Assembly: GCA_024402405.1 (NCBI GenBank)
Contig: JAKSTW010000002.1
Span: forward strand, 6,201-70,200
Direction of reading: 5' to 3'
Length of the DNA: 64,000 bases
From: Spirochaetia bacterium
GTDB lineage: Bacteria > Spirochaetota > Spirochaetia > CADAEX01
The notes beneath the pieces were generated by a model that had not been told where the DNA came from, searched no databases, and saw nothing but the letters and a program-made list of their open reading frames with translations. Of this stretch, positions 19,543 through 29,013 are shown piece by piece. The translations under genes were made by a program, and so were the position numbers. The first letter of the stretch is position 1, and the number at the start of each line of letters is the position of its first letter.

Positions 19543-21771
19543 ATGCACAGAAATAATGGGACATTGTTATTTATGATTTGCATAGCAATGATCATGATAA
19601 TTGGTCCTGTGTCTGAAACGCAGGGTGACACTACACTTGATGGTACTCCGGAATCAACTTCTGTTGGTACTGTTTATACAGCCACAGTTAAGCCCGGAGA
19701 AACATATAACCAAGTCTATGGTGTGCACAGCGGTAACACGGATTCCAAATGTTACGGTGTGGTAAACATCGATCAGGGCACTGTCACAGGCACGGTCTAT
19801 GGCAACAGAGCGATCAGCGTGAATGAATTGACCAAGGCCGCATGCAATAGAGTCAATATTGTAGATTCTACTGTCGGAACGGTCTGTGGCGGCTATGCCT
19901 ACGGAGGCAGCGACCAAGCGAGCGTCAGTCAGAACATCGTGAACATCACAGGCGGAAGTGTCACTATGTATGTCTACGGCGGCAACGCCGACGGCAGCAC
20001 GCTTTCCGTCACTGGCAATGAAGTGACCCTTGACCATGTGACTGTAGGCAAGACAGTTTATGGGAGCTGTGCCTTCAATACTGCAAGCTGGCTGGACATG
20101 AGACGCAATACCGTGACCATCAACGGCGGAAGTGTCAATGGCTCGGTTTACGGAGGCTATGCCAGCGGTTCTGCTGCGGTTTCCAACAACAACACCGTCA
20201 TCATCGAAGGCGGAGCCCATATCAAGGGCTCGGTTTACGGCGGCTACGCTCTCAGCAGCAATTCTGATGCAAAATACAACACTGTCTTCATCAAAGACAG
20301 CACTGTGAACAATCACATCTATGGCGGCATCGGACGTAATGCTGTTGGCAATACGGTCGTCCTGTACGGCGGCGGAGATCTGACCCAGGCCGATCTGTAC
20401 GGCTACAGCGACGGACGGAAATCCCACAGTGCAAACACGCTGGAAGTCTGGGGAAGCAACATCAGCATCAGATCCGCACAGAATTTCGAGAACTACTATT
20501 TCATAGTGCCTGATGGTATGGTTAACCAGTCGGATAAGTATATGCTTAAGTCCGCCACGCCGGTAAACCTCTCCGGTACCAATGTCGGTATCGCGATGCA
20601 GAACGGCACAGCTCTTAACATCGGCGACACGATCAACCTCATCGACAAGACTGAAGCTACACCTGCATGGGTGAGTCTTGTGGGCAGGGAGCTGAAGGGT
20701 GGTACGCTATTCACCAACTACGATTTTCAGCTTTCCACGACCGGTGACAGCCATACGCTGGTGGCAACAGTCGCTTCGGAGCCTTACCGGGAGGGAGGTA
20801 TTATTTCCGGACAGAAGCCGGCAGGTCAAGCTATCCCTGAAACTAAGGCACTGGCGGAAGGACAGGCTGCTTCCGTTGCCTTGCTGGGAGAGGGAAGTGA
20901 GCTGGCTGCCGGACAGGCTCTGGCTGATGCGAAGACTGCGGCGGGTATGGCTGCTGCTGAGGGTGAGAATTTGGCTGCTTTTGCAACATTTGGCGGCGGC
21001 GGTTCACGTTATGACACCGGTTCCCATGTGGATATGAGATCCGCCGGTTTTCTTGCTGGCTTGGCTAAGGAGTTTTCTGGGCATAAAGGTGATTTGCTTA
21101 TGGGAATGTTCTTTGAGACAGGGCATGGGGATTATTCGACCCATAACCATTTTGAGGATGGTCTTATAGATGGCGATGGTGATGCGCATTATTACGGCGG
21201 CGGACTGATGTTCCAATGGAACTCATCCGGAGAGAAAGGACTGTATATGCAGGCAATGGGCCGTATGGGCGGTATGAGCAACGATTGGAGCTCTGACGAT
21301 TTCAGCGAGAAAGTTGACTATGACACTTATCATTGTTACTGGGGCACTTCTGTCAGTGTTGGCTATCAGGGCAATGTAGGCAAATACATTGGTTACGATG
21401 TGAATGGCAGATTCATGTGGAACCATCTGGAAGGGGATGATGCTGATGTGAAAGGTGAACAGCTCCATTTCCAGGACATAGATTCTGTGAGGACCCGGAT
21501 AGGCTTGAGAATGAGTTATGAAGGGTTCAGGATCGTGAGACCTTTTATCGGAGGTGCCTGGGAGAGGGAATTTGATGGTGAAGCCAATGCAAAAGTCAAC
21601 GGCTGTAAGATTGACGCTCCTGACCTCAAGGGGAACACAGGACTCCTGGAACTTGGCGTGAGCTGCAAGCCTGGAAATAATGCAGACTGGCGGCTTGATC
21701 TATCAGCTGCAGGTTATATGGGAGTGCGTCGGGGACTGAGCGGATCAGCATACTTTACCTGCAATTTCTGA
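19543..21771 (+). CDS. Type Va autotransporter with tandem ~20-25-aa passenger repeats (G-x-V-Y-G-G core) and a C-terminal beta-barrel translocator
   Basis: Repeated motifs include GTVYGN, VCGGYAYGG, MYVYGGNADG, SVYGGYASG, SVYGGYALS and HIYGGIG. The C-terminal ~280 aa carry autotransporter-beta features and end ...YFTCNF. The probable start is MHRNNG, placed 12 nt after a GGAGG Shine-Dalgarno sequence and G6 tract. Confidence 0.6.
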   Translation: MHRNNGTLLFMICIAMIMIIGPVSETQGDTTLDGTPESTSVGTVYTATVKPGETYNQVYGVHSGNTDSKCYGVVNIDQGTVTGTVYGNRAISVNELTKAACNRVNIVDSTVGTVCGGYAYGGSDQASVSQNIVNITGGSVTMYVYGGNADGSTLSVTGNEVTLDHVTVGKTVYGSCAFNTASWLDMRRNTVTINGGSVNGSVYGGYASGSAAVSNNNTVIIEGGAHIKGSVYGGYALSSNSDAKYNTVFIKDSTVNNHIYGGIGRNAVGNTVVLYGGGDLTQADLYGYSDGRKSHSANTLEVWGSNISIRSAQNFENYYFIVPDGMVNQSDKYMLKSATPVNLSGTNVGIAMQNGTALNIGDTINLIDKTEATPAWVSLVGRELKGGTLFTNYDFQLSTTGDSHTLVATVASEPYREGGIISGQKPAGQAIPETKALAEGQAASVALLGEGSELAAGQALADAKTAAGMAAAEGENLAAFATFGGGGSRYDTGSHVDMRSAGFLAGLAKEFSGHKGDLLMGMFFETGHGDYSTHNHFEDGLIDGDGDAHYYGGGLMFQWNSSGEKGLYMQAMGRMGGMSNDWSSDDFSEKVDYDTYHCYWGTSVSVGYQGNVGKYIGYDVNGRFMWNHLEGDDADVKGEQLHFQDIDSVRTRIGLRMSYEGFRIVRPFIGGAWEREFDGEANAKVNGCKIDAPDLKGNTGLLELGVSCKPGNNADWRLDLSAAGYMGVRRGLSGSAYFTCNF

Positions 21772-22072
21772 ACTGCAATAAGGGAAGGGACACCGCGATA
21801 TAAAAGAGGAAGGACACCCCCGTTTCGACCGGTGGTTTCCTCCCTCTTTGGATTTCTCTTCTTCCTTCGGACGACTCAGGGCTGCGCCGCCCTGGACCCA
21901 AGAGAAACAACTTCTGCAAAAAATCAGCAATCACAGAAGAATTATCCCCAAAGGGACAGTAATTTATAAAACTATCTGCTGTTGCCGCTGAATAGCGTGT
22001 ATGCTTTCTGGGAAATATAATCATTATAGCCCGCAAGACTGGATTCGAAATAATGATGTTTTTTGCTGACTT

Positions 22073-22100
22073 CCGGCTCTGCCGGGCGGGGCTTTTTTTT
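22073..22100 (+). terminator. Terminator-like hairpin plus T8 at the end of a 390-bp non-coding stretch
   Basis: The hairpin is CCGGC-tct-GCCGG, followed by GCGGGGC and TTTTTTTT. It lies 300 nt downstream of the autotransporter stop and 60 nt upstream of djlA. Confidence 0.4.
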
Positions 22101-22161
22101 ATTCCGTTAATCCCTTGAAATATCCACTTTCTTAAAATATACTCTATTAAATGGAGTAAAA

Positions 22162-23010
22162 ATGAGCGTTTTCGGCAAATGTATAGGCGGTGCGTTAGGA
22201 TGGGCTATCGGCGGCCCTTTGGGTGGTATCATAGGTGTTGCCATCGGACATGAATTTGACAGAAAAAAGAAACCGATTCAGAAAATTGAGTCTGATTCCG
22301 GAATGAATAATGGCAGTTCTCCTCAGCGGCAGATGACATTCTTTGTGGCTGTCTTCTCAATGCTGGGCAAAATGGCCAATGCTGATGGAAAGATAACTGA
22401 GGATGAGAGTCGGGCAGTGGAGAATTTCATAGAGAATGAACTGAAGCTCTCAAAGCCTGACCACGATTTTGCCATGAGAATATTTTATGCGGCAGCCTCA
22501 TCTGCGGAAGAATTCGACAAGTTCGCCTCCCAGTTCTATGAGTGCTTCCGGCATGACTTCCAGATGATAGAGATGATGATGGATATTCTTGTCCGTCTGG
22601 CATATGCGGATAATGTGCTGAGTTCTGCTGAGGAACAGTTCATTGCCAGAGCAGCCATGTGTTTCTCATATCCTGCTGCCAATGTGGCCGCGCTGAAGAC
22701 AAAATACAGACAGAGTGCCAGCCAGCAGGGATATACCGGACAGCAGTCATACCAGGATTCTTCATACCATGACAACCATGCTGCGGGGAACAGCAGCGAA
22801 TCTCTGGAAGTGGCATATTCTATTCTGGGCTGCAATATCGGGGATCCTGACGATGTCATCAAGTCAAAATATAAGAAACTGGTGAAGGAATATCATCCTG
22901 ATGTTATAGCCTCCAAGGGATTGCCCGAGGAGTTCGCTGAGTTTGCCAACAATAAGTTCAGACAGATTCAGAGTGCTTATGAGACTGTGAAGAAAGCCCG
23001 CGGCTTGTGA
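22162..23010 (+). CDS. djlA: DjlA-type membrane co-chaperone (TerB-like domain + C-terminal J domain)
   Basis: The N-terminus MSVFGKCIGGALGWAIGGPLGGIIGVAIGHEFD matches the E. coli DjlA transmembrane/Gly-rich start. The C-terminal J domain carries HPD (KEYHPDV). Confidence 0.75.
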   Translation: MSVFGKCIGGALGWAIGGPLGGIIGVAIGHEFDRKKKPIQKIESDSGMNNGSSPQRQMTFFVAVFSMLGKMANADGKITEDESRAVENFIENELKLSKPDHDFAMRIFYAAASSAEEFDKFASQFYECFRHDFQMIEMMMDILVRLAYADNVLSSAEEQFIARAAMCFSYPAANVAALKTKYRQSASQQGYTGQQSYQDSSYHDNHAAGNSSESLEVAYSILGCNIGDPDDVIKSKYKKLVKEYHPDVIASKGLPEEFAEFANNKFRQIQSAYETVKKARGL

Positions 23011-23014
23011 TATA

Positions 23015-23638
23015 TTGATTTATTCGGAGGATCGAATGGAAGCTGTTACACGTATTTCTATTGTGAGACACGGTGAGACTGAATGGAATATTGATGACAG
23101 AATGCAGGGTATCAAAGACAGCCCTCTGACTGACAAGGGTATAAAACTGGCAAAGGAGCTGGGCGAAAAGCTTTCAGACATGAAATTTTCCAGAATCTAT
23201 ACCAGCGACCTGGGAAGAGCTTTTGATACTGCAAAATATATAAATGAGAGACTTGATCTGGAGATCGTCCCGGAGAAGCTGCTCCGTGAGCGCAATATGG
23301 GAATTTTCGAGGGATACAGCTGGGCTTATGTAAAGGAGCATTATCCTGAGGAGTTCAGAAAGACTGTCTCCGATGACATGGAGTACCGTATCCCTGGGGG
23401 ACAGAGCAAACAGGATTATGTGGACCAGATTGCGGATTTCATGAAATTCATCACTGAAAAGCATCCGGGAGAGAATATTCTGGCTGTGACACACCGTGGT
23501 TTCATCGACTTTTTCATGCGCCAGGTTATGGGCATATCTGTGAATGCCAGAAGATGCTTCAAGGTTGGTAATACCAGCCTTAATGTATTCTCATTTGAGA
23601 AAGGACGCTGGGTGCTGGAACATTTCGGAGATATCTGA
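23015..23638 (+). CDS. Histidine phosphatase family protein (phosphoglycerate mutase-like)
   Basis: It has the RHGETEWN catalytic motif. The start may be the M at 23036. Confidence 0.7.
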   Translation: MIYSEDRMEAVTRISIVRHGETEWNIDDRMQGIKDSPLTDKGIKLAKELGEKLSDMKFSRIYTSDLGRAFDTAKYINERLDLEIVPEKLLRERNMGIFEGYSWAYVKEHYPEEFRKTVSDDMEYRIPGGQSKQDYVDQIADFMKFITEKHPGENILAVTHRGFIDFFMRQVMGISVNARRCFKVGNTSLNVFSFEKGRWVLEHFGDI

Positions 23639-23868
23639 TGTTCTTTGTGGGTATCATGGGTGTCGACAGCAGAGATAACATGCTCCGGGAACTGCCGGAA
23701 GAGAAATGCCATGTCTGCGGAAAGACCGGCGGCTGCACACTTTATCAGCTTTACAGCAGTTTTTCCCTTTTTTTTATCCCTGTATTCAACTGGGGCTCAC
23801 GATATGTGGTGCGGTGCAGTCACTGCGATTCAGTTTACAGCGTAGCGGAAGAAGAGTATGAGCGATAA
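23638..23868 (+). CDS. Small zinc-ribbon protein (hypothetical)
   Basis: CxxC...CxxC pairs (CHVCGK...CSHCDS) flank a hydrophobic segment. Its start and stop overlap the flanking genes. Confidence 0.35.
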   Translation: MFFVGIMGVDSRDNMLRELPEEKCHVCGKTGGCTLYQLYSSFSLFFIPVFNWGSRYVVRCSHCDSVYSVAEEEYER

Positions 23869-25657
23869 GAAGATTCAGGATTATGACGAGAGCAAGATAC
23901 AGACATTAAGCTCACTGGAACATATAAGAATGAGAAGCGGTATGTATATCGGCAGGCTGGGCAACGGATCCCATCCTGATGACGGTATATATATTCTTCT
24001 GAAAGAAGTCATAGACAACAGCATTGATGAATATATCATGGGTTTCGGCAAGAAGATCCTGATCAGTATTCAGGATAAGACCGTGACAGTCCGGGACTAT
24101 GGCAGAGGAATTCCTCTGGGCAAGGTGACTGAATGTGTCTCTGTGATAAATACCGGAGCCAAATACAATGACGATGTTTTCCAGTTCTCTGTGGGATTGA
24201 ACGGAGTGGGAACCAAGGCTGTGAATGCCCTTTCTTCATATTTCCGTGTCAGATCAGTCCGTGACGGTCGGTATCAGGAGGCAGTATTCCAGAAGGGAAA
24301 GCTGGTTTCCGAGAATGGCGGAGAATGCGAGAAAGAAAAGAACGGCGTTCTCATTGAATTCATTCCCGACCAGGAGATTTTCGGCAGTTATGAATACAGC
24401 ATGGATTTCGTCAGAAAAAGGCTGTGGAACTATGCATATCTGAACCAGGGACTGACACTGATGCTGGGCAGGGAATCCTTTGTATCTGCCCAGGGACTTC
24501 ATGACCTGCTTCTTGCTGAAGTTGGGGATGATAACCATTATGATGTGGTCTATATCAGAGCTGAACATCTGGAGGCCGCATTCACACATACAAGAAATTA
24601 TGGCGAGACTTATTTCTCTTTCGTCAACGGACAGTTCACCAGTGATGGCGGTACCCATCTCAGTGCTTTCAAGGAAGGCCTGCTGAAGGGAATCAACGAG
24701 TATTTCAAGACCAATTATTCCGGCCAGGATGTCCGGGAGGGCATTGCGGGCTGTATATCCATCAAGCTGAAGGATCCTGTCTTCGAGAGTCAGACCAAGA
24801 ACAAGCTGGGCAACACTGAGATCCGCAGCTGGATAGTGAATGAGATAAAGAACGGCGTTGAGGATTATCTGCATAAGAATGTGGATGAGGCTCATAAGCT
24901 GGAAGATATAATCATCAGGAATGAGAAGCTGCGCAAGGAGCTGAACCTGGTTAAGAAAGAGGCCAAGGAAGCGGCGAAGAAAATTGCCCTGAAGATTCCC
25001 AAACTGAAGGACTGCAAATATCATCTGACAGATGGACCAAAGGGTGAGAATTCCATGATATTCCTGACTGAGGGTGATTCTGCTTCCGGCTCAATGGTCT
25101 CTTCCCGTGATGTGCTGACCCAGGCTATATTCTCCCTGCGTGGAAAGCCTCTGAATGTGTTCGGAAAAGAACGCACCGAAATATATAAGAACGAAGAGTT
25201 CTATAATATGACTATGGCTCTTGGTGTTGAAAACAGCATGGAAAATCTGCGGTATGGCAAGATCGTCATAGCCACTGATGCAGATAACGACGGATTTCAT
25301 ATCAGAAATCTGCTGCTGACTTTTTTCCTCAGTTTTTATGAAGAGCTGGTACTTTCAGGGAGAGTCTACATTCTGGAGACTCCGCTTTTCCGTGTCAGGA
25401 ACAAACAGGAGATCAGATACTGTTACAGCGAGCAGGAGCGTGATGCTGCGGCTAAAGTCATATCATCACCGGAGATCACCAGATTCAAGGGACTTGGAGA
25501 GATCTCACCTAAGGAATTCGGACAGTTCATCGGTTCTGGCATCAAACTGGTGCAGGTGAGTGTGCAGAATCTGAAGAGCATTCCTGAGATCCTGGATTTC
25601 TATATGGGAAACAATACCCCTAAACGCAAAGATTTTATTATGGAGAATCTGATCTGA
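23858..25657 (+). CDS. parE: Type IIA topoisomerase ATPase subunit, topoisomerase IV ParE-like (short GyrB paralog)
   Basis: It has a GHKL ATPase region (IDNSIDE, GLNGVG) and a Toprim domain (EGDSA). Its 599 aa and its pairing with a short ParC resemble spirochaete ParE. Confidence 0.75.
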   Translation: MSDKKIQDYDESKIQTLSSLEHIRMRSGMYIGRLGNGSHPDDGIYILLKEVIDNSIDEYIMGFGKKILISIQDKTVTVRDYGRGIPLGKVTECVSVINTGAKYNDDVFQFSVGLNGVGTKAVNALSSYFRVRSVRDGRYQEAVFQKGKLVSENGGECEKEKNGVLIEFIPDQEIFGSYEYSMDFVRKRLWNYAYLNQGLTLMLGRESFVSAQGLHDLLLAEVGDDNHYDVVYIRAEHLEAAFTHTRNYGETYFSFVNGQFTSDGGTHLSAFKEGLLKGINEYFKTNYSGQDVREGIAGCISIKLKDPVFESQTKNKLGNTEIRSWIVNEIKNGVEDYLHKNVDEAHKLEDIIIRNEKLRKELNLVKKEAKEAAKKIALKIPKLKDCKYHLTDGPKGENSMIFLTEGDSASGSMVSSRDVLTQAIFSLRGKPLNVFGKERTEIYKNEEFYNMTMALGVENSMENLRYGKIVIATDADNDGFHIRNLLLTFFLSFYEELVLSGRVYILETPLFRVRNKQEIRYCYSEQERDAAAKVISSPEITRFKGLGEISPKEFGQFIGSGIKLVQVSVQNLKSIPEILDFYMGNNTPKRKDFIMENLI

Positions 25658-27612
25658 TGGCATCATATTATATAGATACCCTTTTCAACCAGAACTTTCT
25701 GGAATATGCATCATATGTGATCAAGGACCGGGCTATCCCTCATCTTAATGATGGTCTGAAACCTGTGCAGCGGCGTATCCTCCATTCTCTCTTCGAGCGG
25801 GATGACGGAAAATTCATCAAGGTGGCCAATATCGTGGGACACTGCATGCAGTATCATCCTCACGGAGATGCCTCTATCTGCAGTGCGCTGGTGGTGCTGG
25901 CCAACAAGGATATGTTCATTGAGAAACAGGGCAACTTCGGAAATATGTATACTGGCGATGAGGCTTCTGCTGCCAGATATATTGAGTGCCGTCTGCTGCC
26001 TTTGGCCCGCGATGTGCTTTATAATCCTGAGCTGACAGAATATGAGCCATCCTATGACGGACGCAGCAAGGAGCCTGTGTTCTTCCCTGCCAAGATTCCA
26101 GTGGTGCTGATCATGGGAGCCGAGGGCATTGCCGTAGGTATGTCCACTAAGATCCTGCCGCATAATTTCAATGAGGTGCTGGATGCCATGGTGCAGTCAC
26201 TTCAGGGTGAGGTTCCTGTCATTTATCCTGATTTCCCTACCGGAGGACTCATAGATGTGTCCGGCTACGAGGATGGAAACGGCAGGGTGCTGTGCCGTGC
26301 GAAACTTGATATTTCAGATCCAAAAAAAATCGTCATACGGGAGCTTCCTTTCGGGCAGACCACAGAGACTCTCATTGACTCCATAGAAAAGGCTGTCAAG
26401 AAAGGCAAATTCAAGGTTGCCTCCATAAATGATTTTACGACAGATAAGGTCGAGATAGAGATAAAGCTGCCCCGTGGTGTTCAGGCTGCGGATGTGGCAG
26501 ATTCCCTGTATGCCTTCACCGAGTGTGAGAGCTCTATTTCCGTGAATCTTCTGGTCATAAAAGATAAAAAACCTGTGCAGATGTCAGTTGCGGAGGTCAT
26601 CAGATATCAGTCTGAACAGCTGCTGTCGATCTTGGAACGGGAACTTCTGCTGGAACAGTCAAAGTTGCTGGAAAAACTTTATGCCAGAACTCTTGAGCGG
26701 ATCTTTATCGAGGAGCGCATTTACAAGGCTATTGAGACCATGAAGACCAGGGAGACGGTCAACAGAGCGGTGAAGGACGGATTCATACCGTTTGCAGCTG
26801 AACTGGCCAGACCTCTCACAGATGATGATGTGGAGATGCTTCTGAAGATTCCTATCAGGCGTATTTCTCTGTACGATATGAACAAAGCCAAGAAGGAAAT
26901 TGCCGAAATCAATGCACGGCTCAGGCAGATAAAGGCATTGCTGAAGAATCTTACCGGTTATGCCATTGATTTTATCCGCGGGCTGAAGGAAAAATACGGC
27001 GGGCTTTATCCACGCAGGACTGAGATCACCAGATACAGTCAGGTGGATGTGCGTGAGGTTGCACAGAAGAACCTGAAACTGCGGTATGATGCAGAGACCG
27101 GTTATCTGGGGTATGGACTGCAGAACGGAGATGTGCTTCTTGAAATGTCAGATTATGACAAGATCCTCTTTATGAAAAAAAATGGCACATACACAATAGT
27201 GAATGCACCGGAGAAAATTTTTGTGGATAAGGGACTCCTGCATTGCAGCCTTGTTGACAAGGACAGCATGGCAGACACCATATACACACTTGTTTATCAG
27301 ACTCCGGACAAAAAGCATGTCTGCATCAAGCGGTTCACAGTGGAGAAGTTCATAATTGACAAGAGTTATCTTTTCCTGCCGGACGGGTGCAAGATCCTTC
27401 TTTTCACTGACCGACAGAGCGGATTCATATCTGTGAACTACAAGCCGCAGCCTAAGATGAGAGTTCTGGAAGAGACTTTCAATATTGAGGATTATCATGT
27501 GAAAGGATATAAGGCTGCCGGTGTCCGGATGACTTCAAAGGCAATTAAAAACATAAAATTTTCTCTGAAAAAAAAGGAGAAAACGCCTGAGGAAGAGGGG
27601 CTGCTTTTCTGA
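25657..27612 (+). CDS. parC: Type IIA topoisomerase subunit A, topoisomerase IV ParC-like (short, C-terminal domain largely absent)
   Basis: It has a GyrA/ParC N-terminal breakage-reunion domain whose active-site Tyr lies in the region ...AARYIECRL. At 651 aa it is much shorter than GyrA. Its start overlaps the parE stop (TGATG). Confidence 0.75.
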   Translation: MASYYIDTLFNQNFLEYASYVIKDRAIPHLNDGLKPVQRRILHSLFERDDGKFIKVANIVGHCMQYHPHGDASICSALVVLANKDMFIEKQGNFGNMYTGDEASAARYIECRLLPLARDVLYNPELTEYEPSYDGRSKEPVFFPAKIPVVLIMGAEGIAVGMSTKILPHNFNEVLDAMVQSLQGEVPVIYPDFPTGGLIDVSGYEDGNGRVLCRAKLDISDPKKIVIRELPFGQTTETLIDSIEKAVKKGKFKVASINDFTTDKVEIEIKLPRGVQAADVADSLYAFTECESSISVNLLVIKDKKPVQMSVAEVIRYQSEQLLSILERELLLEQSKLLEKLYARTLERIFIEERIYKAIETMKTRETVNRAVKDGFIPFAAELARPLTDDDVEMLLKIPIRRISLYDMNKAKKEIAEINARLRQIKALLKNLTGYAIDFIRGLKEKYGGLYPRRTEITRYSQVDVREVAQKNLKLRYDAETGYLGYGLQNGDVLLEMSDYDKILFMKKNGTYTIVNAPEKIFVDKGLLHCSLVDKDSMADTIYTLVYQTPDKKHVCIKRFTVEKFIIDKSYLFLPDGCKILLFTDRQSGFISVNYKPQPKMRVLEETFNIEDYHVKGYKAAGVRMTSKAIKNIKFSLKKKEKTPEEEGLLF

Positions 27613-27733
27613 AGAAGTTCAAAATAATTAGTTAGATAAATTAAATAATTCTCATTTTTTCAGTTGACAGATGAAAAAACTTGTTATAGATTTTTCTTTG
27701 TGGTTTTTTGTGGCCACCAAAATGGAGAATTTA

Positions 27734-28960
27734 ATGAAAAAGATAATATGTATGCTGGTGTTTGTTTTTGCAGCCGTGTCGCTTTTTGCCGGTGGTACAG
27801 AAAATAAATTGAACCAAAGCCCTGGATATTCAAGATTCCCGGCAAAAAATACGGAGACCAGGAAACCTGATGCCGTCTTCTTCAATCCGGCTGGAACTGC
27901 CCTGATGGAGGACGGCCTTTATTTTGCCCTGGGAAATCAGTTCATTTACAAAAAATATACAAATGTTTATGCGGGAAAGGATTATGTGACTGATGAGCCT
28001 TCCCTTATCTTCCCTGATCTGGATATTGTCTGGAAGCATGACGATCTGGCTCTTTTCACCGGATTCAATATGTTTGCCGGTGGCGGCGGCCTGGAATGGG
28101 AAGATGGAAATGCCTTTACTGTTCAGAGGCTGGGAGAGATCGGTTCTTCTGTTGGTTTTCCCGAACTGAGAAAGCTGAGACATGATATGACTCTGTTCTC
28201 TGTGGTTTACGGCAATATGACTGGAATGGCGCATACTTTCCTGGATGACAGGCTTTCTGTGGCTGTTGCAGGAAAGATCCTTTATGGATATCAGACTTCC
28301 AAAGTCACCATGAAAGATAAGATTCCTGTCGGTCCGATCTCACAGCTTCTGGGAAATGACAATGTGTTGGCAGATACCAAGGCTACAGGAATGGGATTCG
28401 GAGCTGTTTTCGGCATCGATTACAAACCTGTGCCGGAGTGGACTTTTGCTGCCACATATCATACACAGACAGTAGTCAACTTTGAATATAAAAAGGCTGA
28501 TGGTGTCGGAGCCTCCATGCTGGGTGCAAAGAAAGGGGAAAAATTCGATTATAACATTCCTGCATTCCTTGCTTTGGGTGCCGGATGGCAAGTGTGTGAT
28601 CCTCTGTTCCTGGCCGTTGGAGCCAATTACTATTTCAACAGACAGGCAGATTATGATTATCATGATGCCTGGGAGATCAATTTTGCCGGTGAGTACAGAT
28701 TCAATAAATATATTGCGGCCAGCCTTGGCGGTTTTTACTCTAATGTGGGTACAAACGGAAAGGACAGCGGAAACAATTATTTCAACCCGGTTCTCAACAG
28801 CATGACATACTGCGGCGGTATGGAAGTTGATTTCTGTGACCGCTTCTCAATAGACTTGGGCGGTTTCTATACCCAGTATTTTGCCGAACACTGGCATGGT
28901 GCAAAGATCAAAAAGCTGATCTGGGAAATTTCTTTGGGATTCACATACAAAATGTTCTGA
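27734..28960 (+). CDS. FadL/OmpP1-family outer-membrane transport protein-like
   Basis: The signal peptide is MKKIICMLVFVFAAVSLFAGG. It has an N-terminal NPAG hatch motif (FFNPAGTAL) and ends in an aromatic residue (YKMF). Confidence 0.55.
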   Translation: MKKIICMLVFVFAAVSLFAGGTENKLNQSPGYSRFPAKNTETRKPDAVFFNPAGTALMEDGLYFALGNQFIYKKYTNVYAGKDYVTDEPSLIFPDLDIVWKHDDLALFTGFNMFAGGGGLEWEDGNAFTVQRLGEIGSSVGFPELRKLRHDMTLFSVVYGNMTGMAHTFLDDRLSVAVAGKILYGYQTSKVTMKDKIPVGPISQLLGNDNVLADTKATGMGFGAVFGIDYKPVPEWTFAATYHTQTVVNFEYKKADGVGASMLGAKKGEKFDYNIPAFLALGAGWQVCDPLFLAVGANYYFNRQADYDYHDAWEINFAGEYRFNKYIAASLGGFYSNVGTNGKDSGNNYFNPVLNSMTYCGGMEVDFCDRFSIDLGGFYTQYFAEHWHGAKIKKLIWEISLGFTYKMF

Positions 28961-28977
28961 GCTGACAGTTTCTGTAT

Positions 28978-28991
28978 TGCATAAGTATGCA
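28978..28991. promoter_or_regulatory. Perfect 14-bp palindrome TGCATAagTATGCA immediately upstream of argR; candidate operator (ARG-box-like)
   Basis: The palindrome is seen directly in the sequence and lies 23 bp upstream of the argR ATG. Calling it an operator is an inference from its position. Confidence 0.3.
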
Positions 28992-29013
28992 CACGGTGGT
29001 ATAATTATGCAAT

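Noticed and set aside
21745-22036. Minus-strand ORFs 21745-21930 and 21755-22036 in the autotransporter-djlA intergenic region.
   Set aside because: They overlap each other, have no Shine-Dalgarno context and have Arg/Ser/Pro-rich products. The region is more likely a non-coding 3' UTR or RNA (see finding).
21772-22100. Considered tmRNA, RNase P RNA or 4.5S SRP RNA in this spacer.
   Set aside because: There is no 3' CCACCA or tRNA-like T-arm, and no P4 GGAAAGUCCGG-type block. The GUCCGAAGGAAG on the minus strand is only a partial resemblance to the SRP GUCCGGAAGGAAGCAGC. This is not enough without a covariance-model search.
26320-27590. A8-A9 homopolymer tracts inside parC (about 26323-26330, 27173-27181 and 27571-27578), considered as frameshift or phase-variation sites or as pseudogene indicators.
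   Set aside because: The reading frame is intact through all of them and they encode Lys-rich segments. There is no evidence of a disrupted gene.
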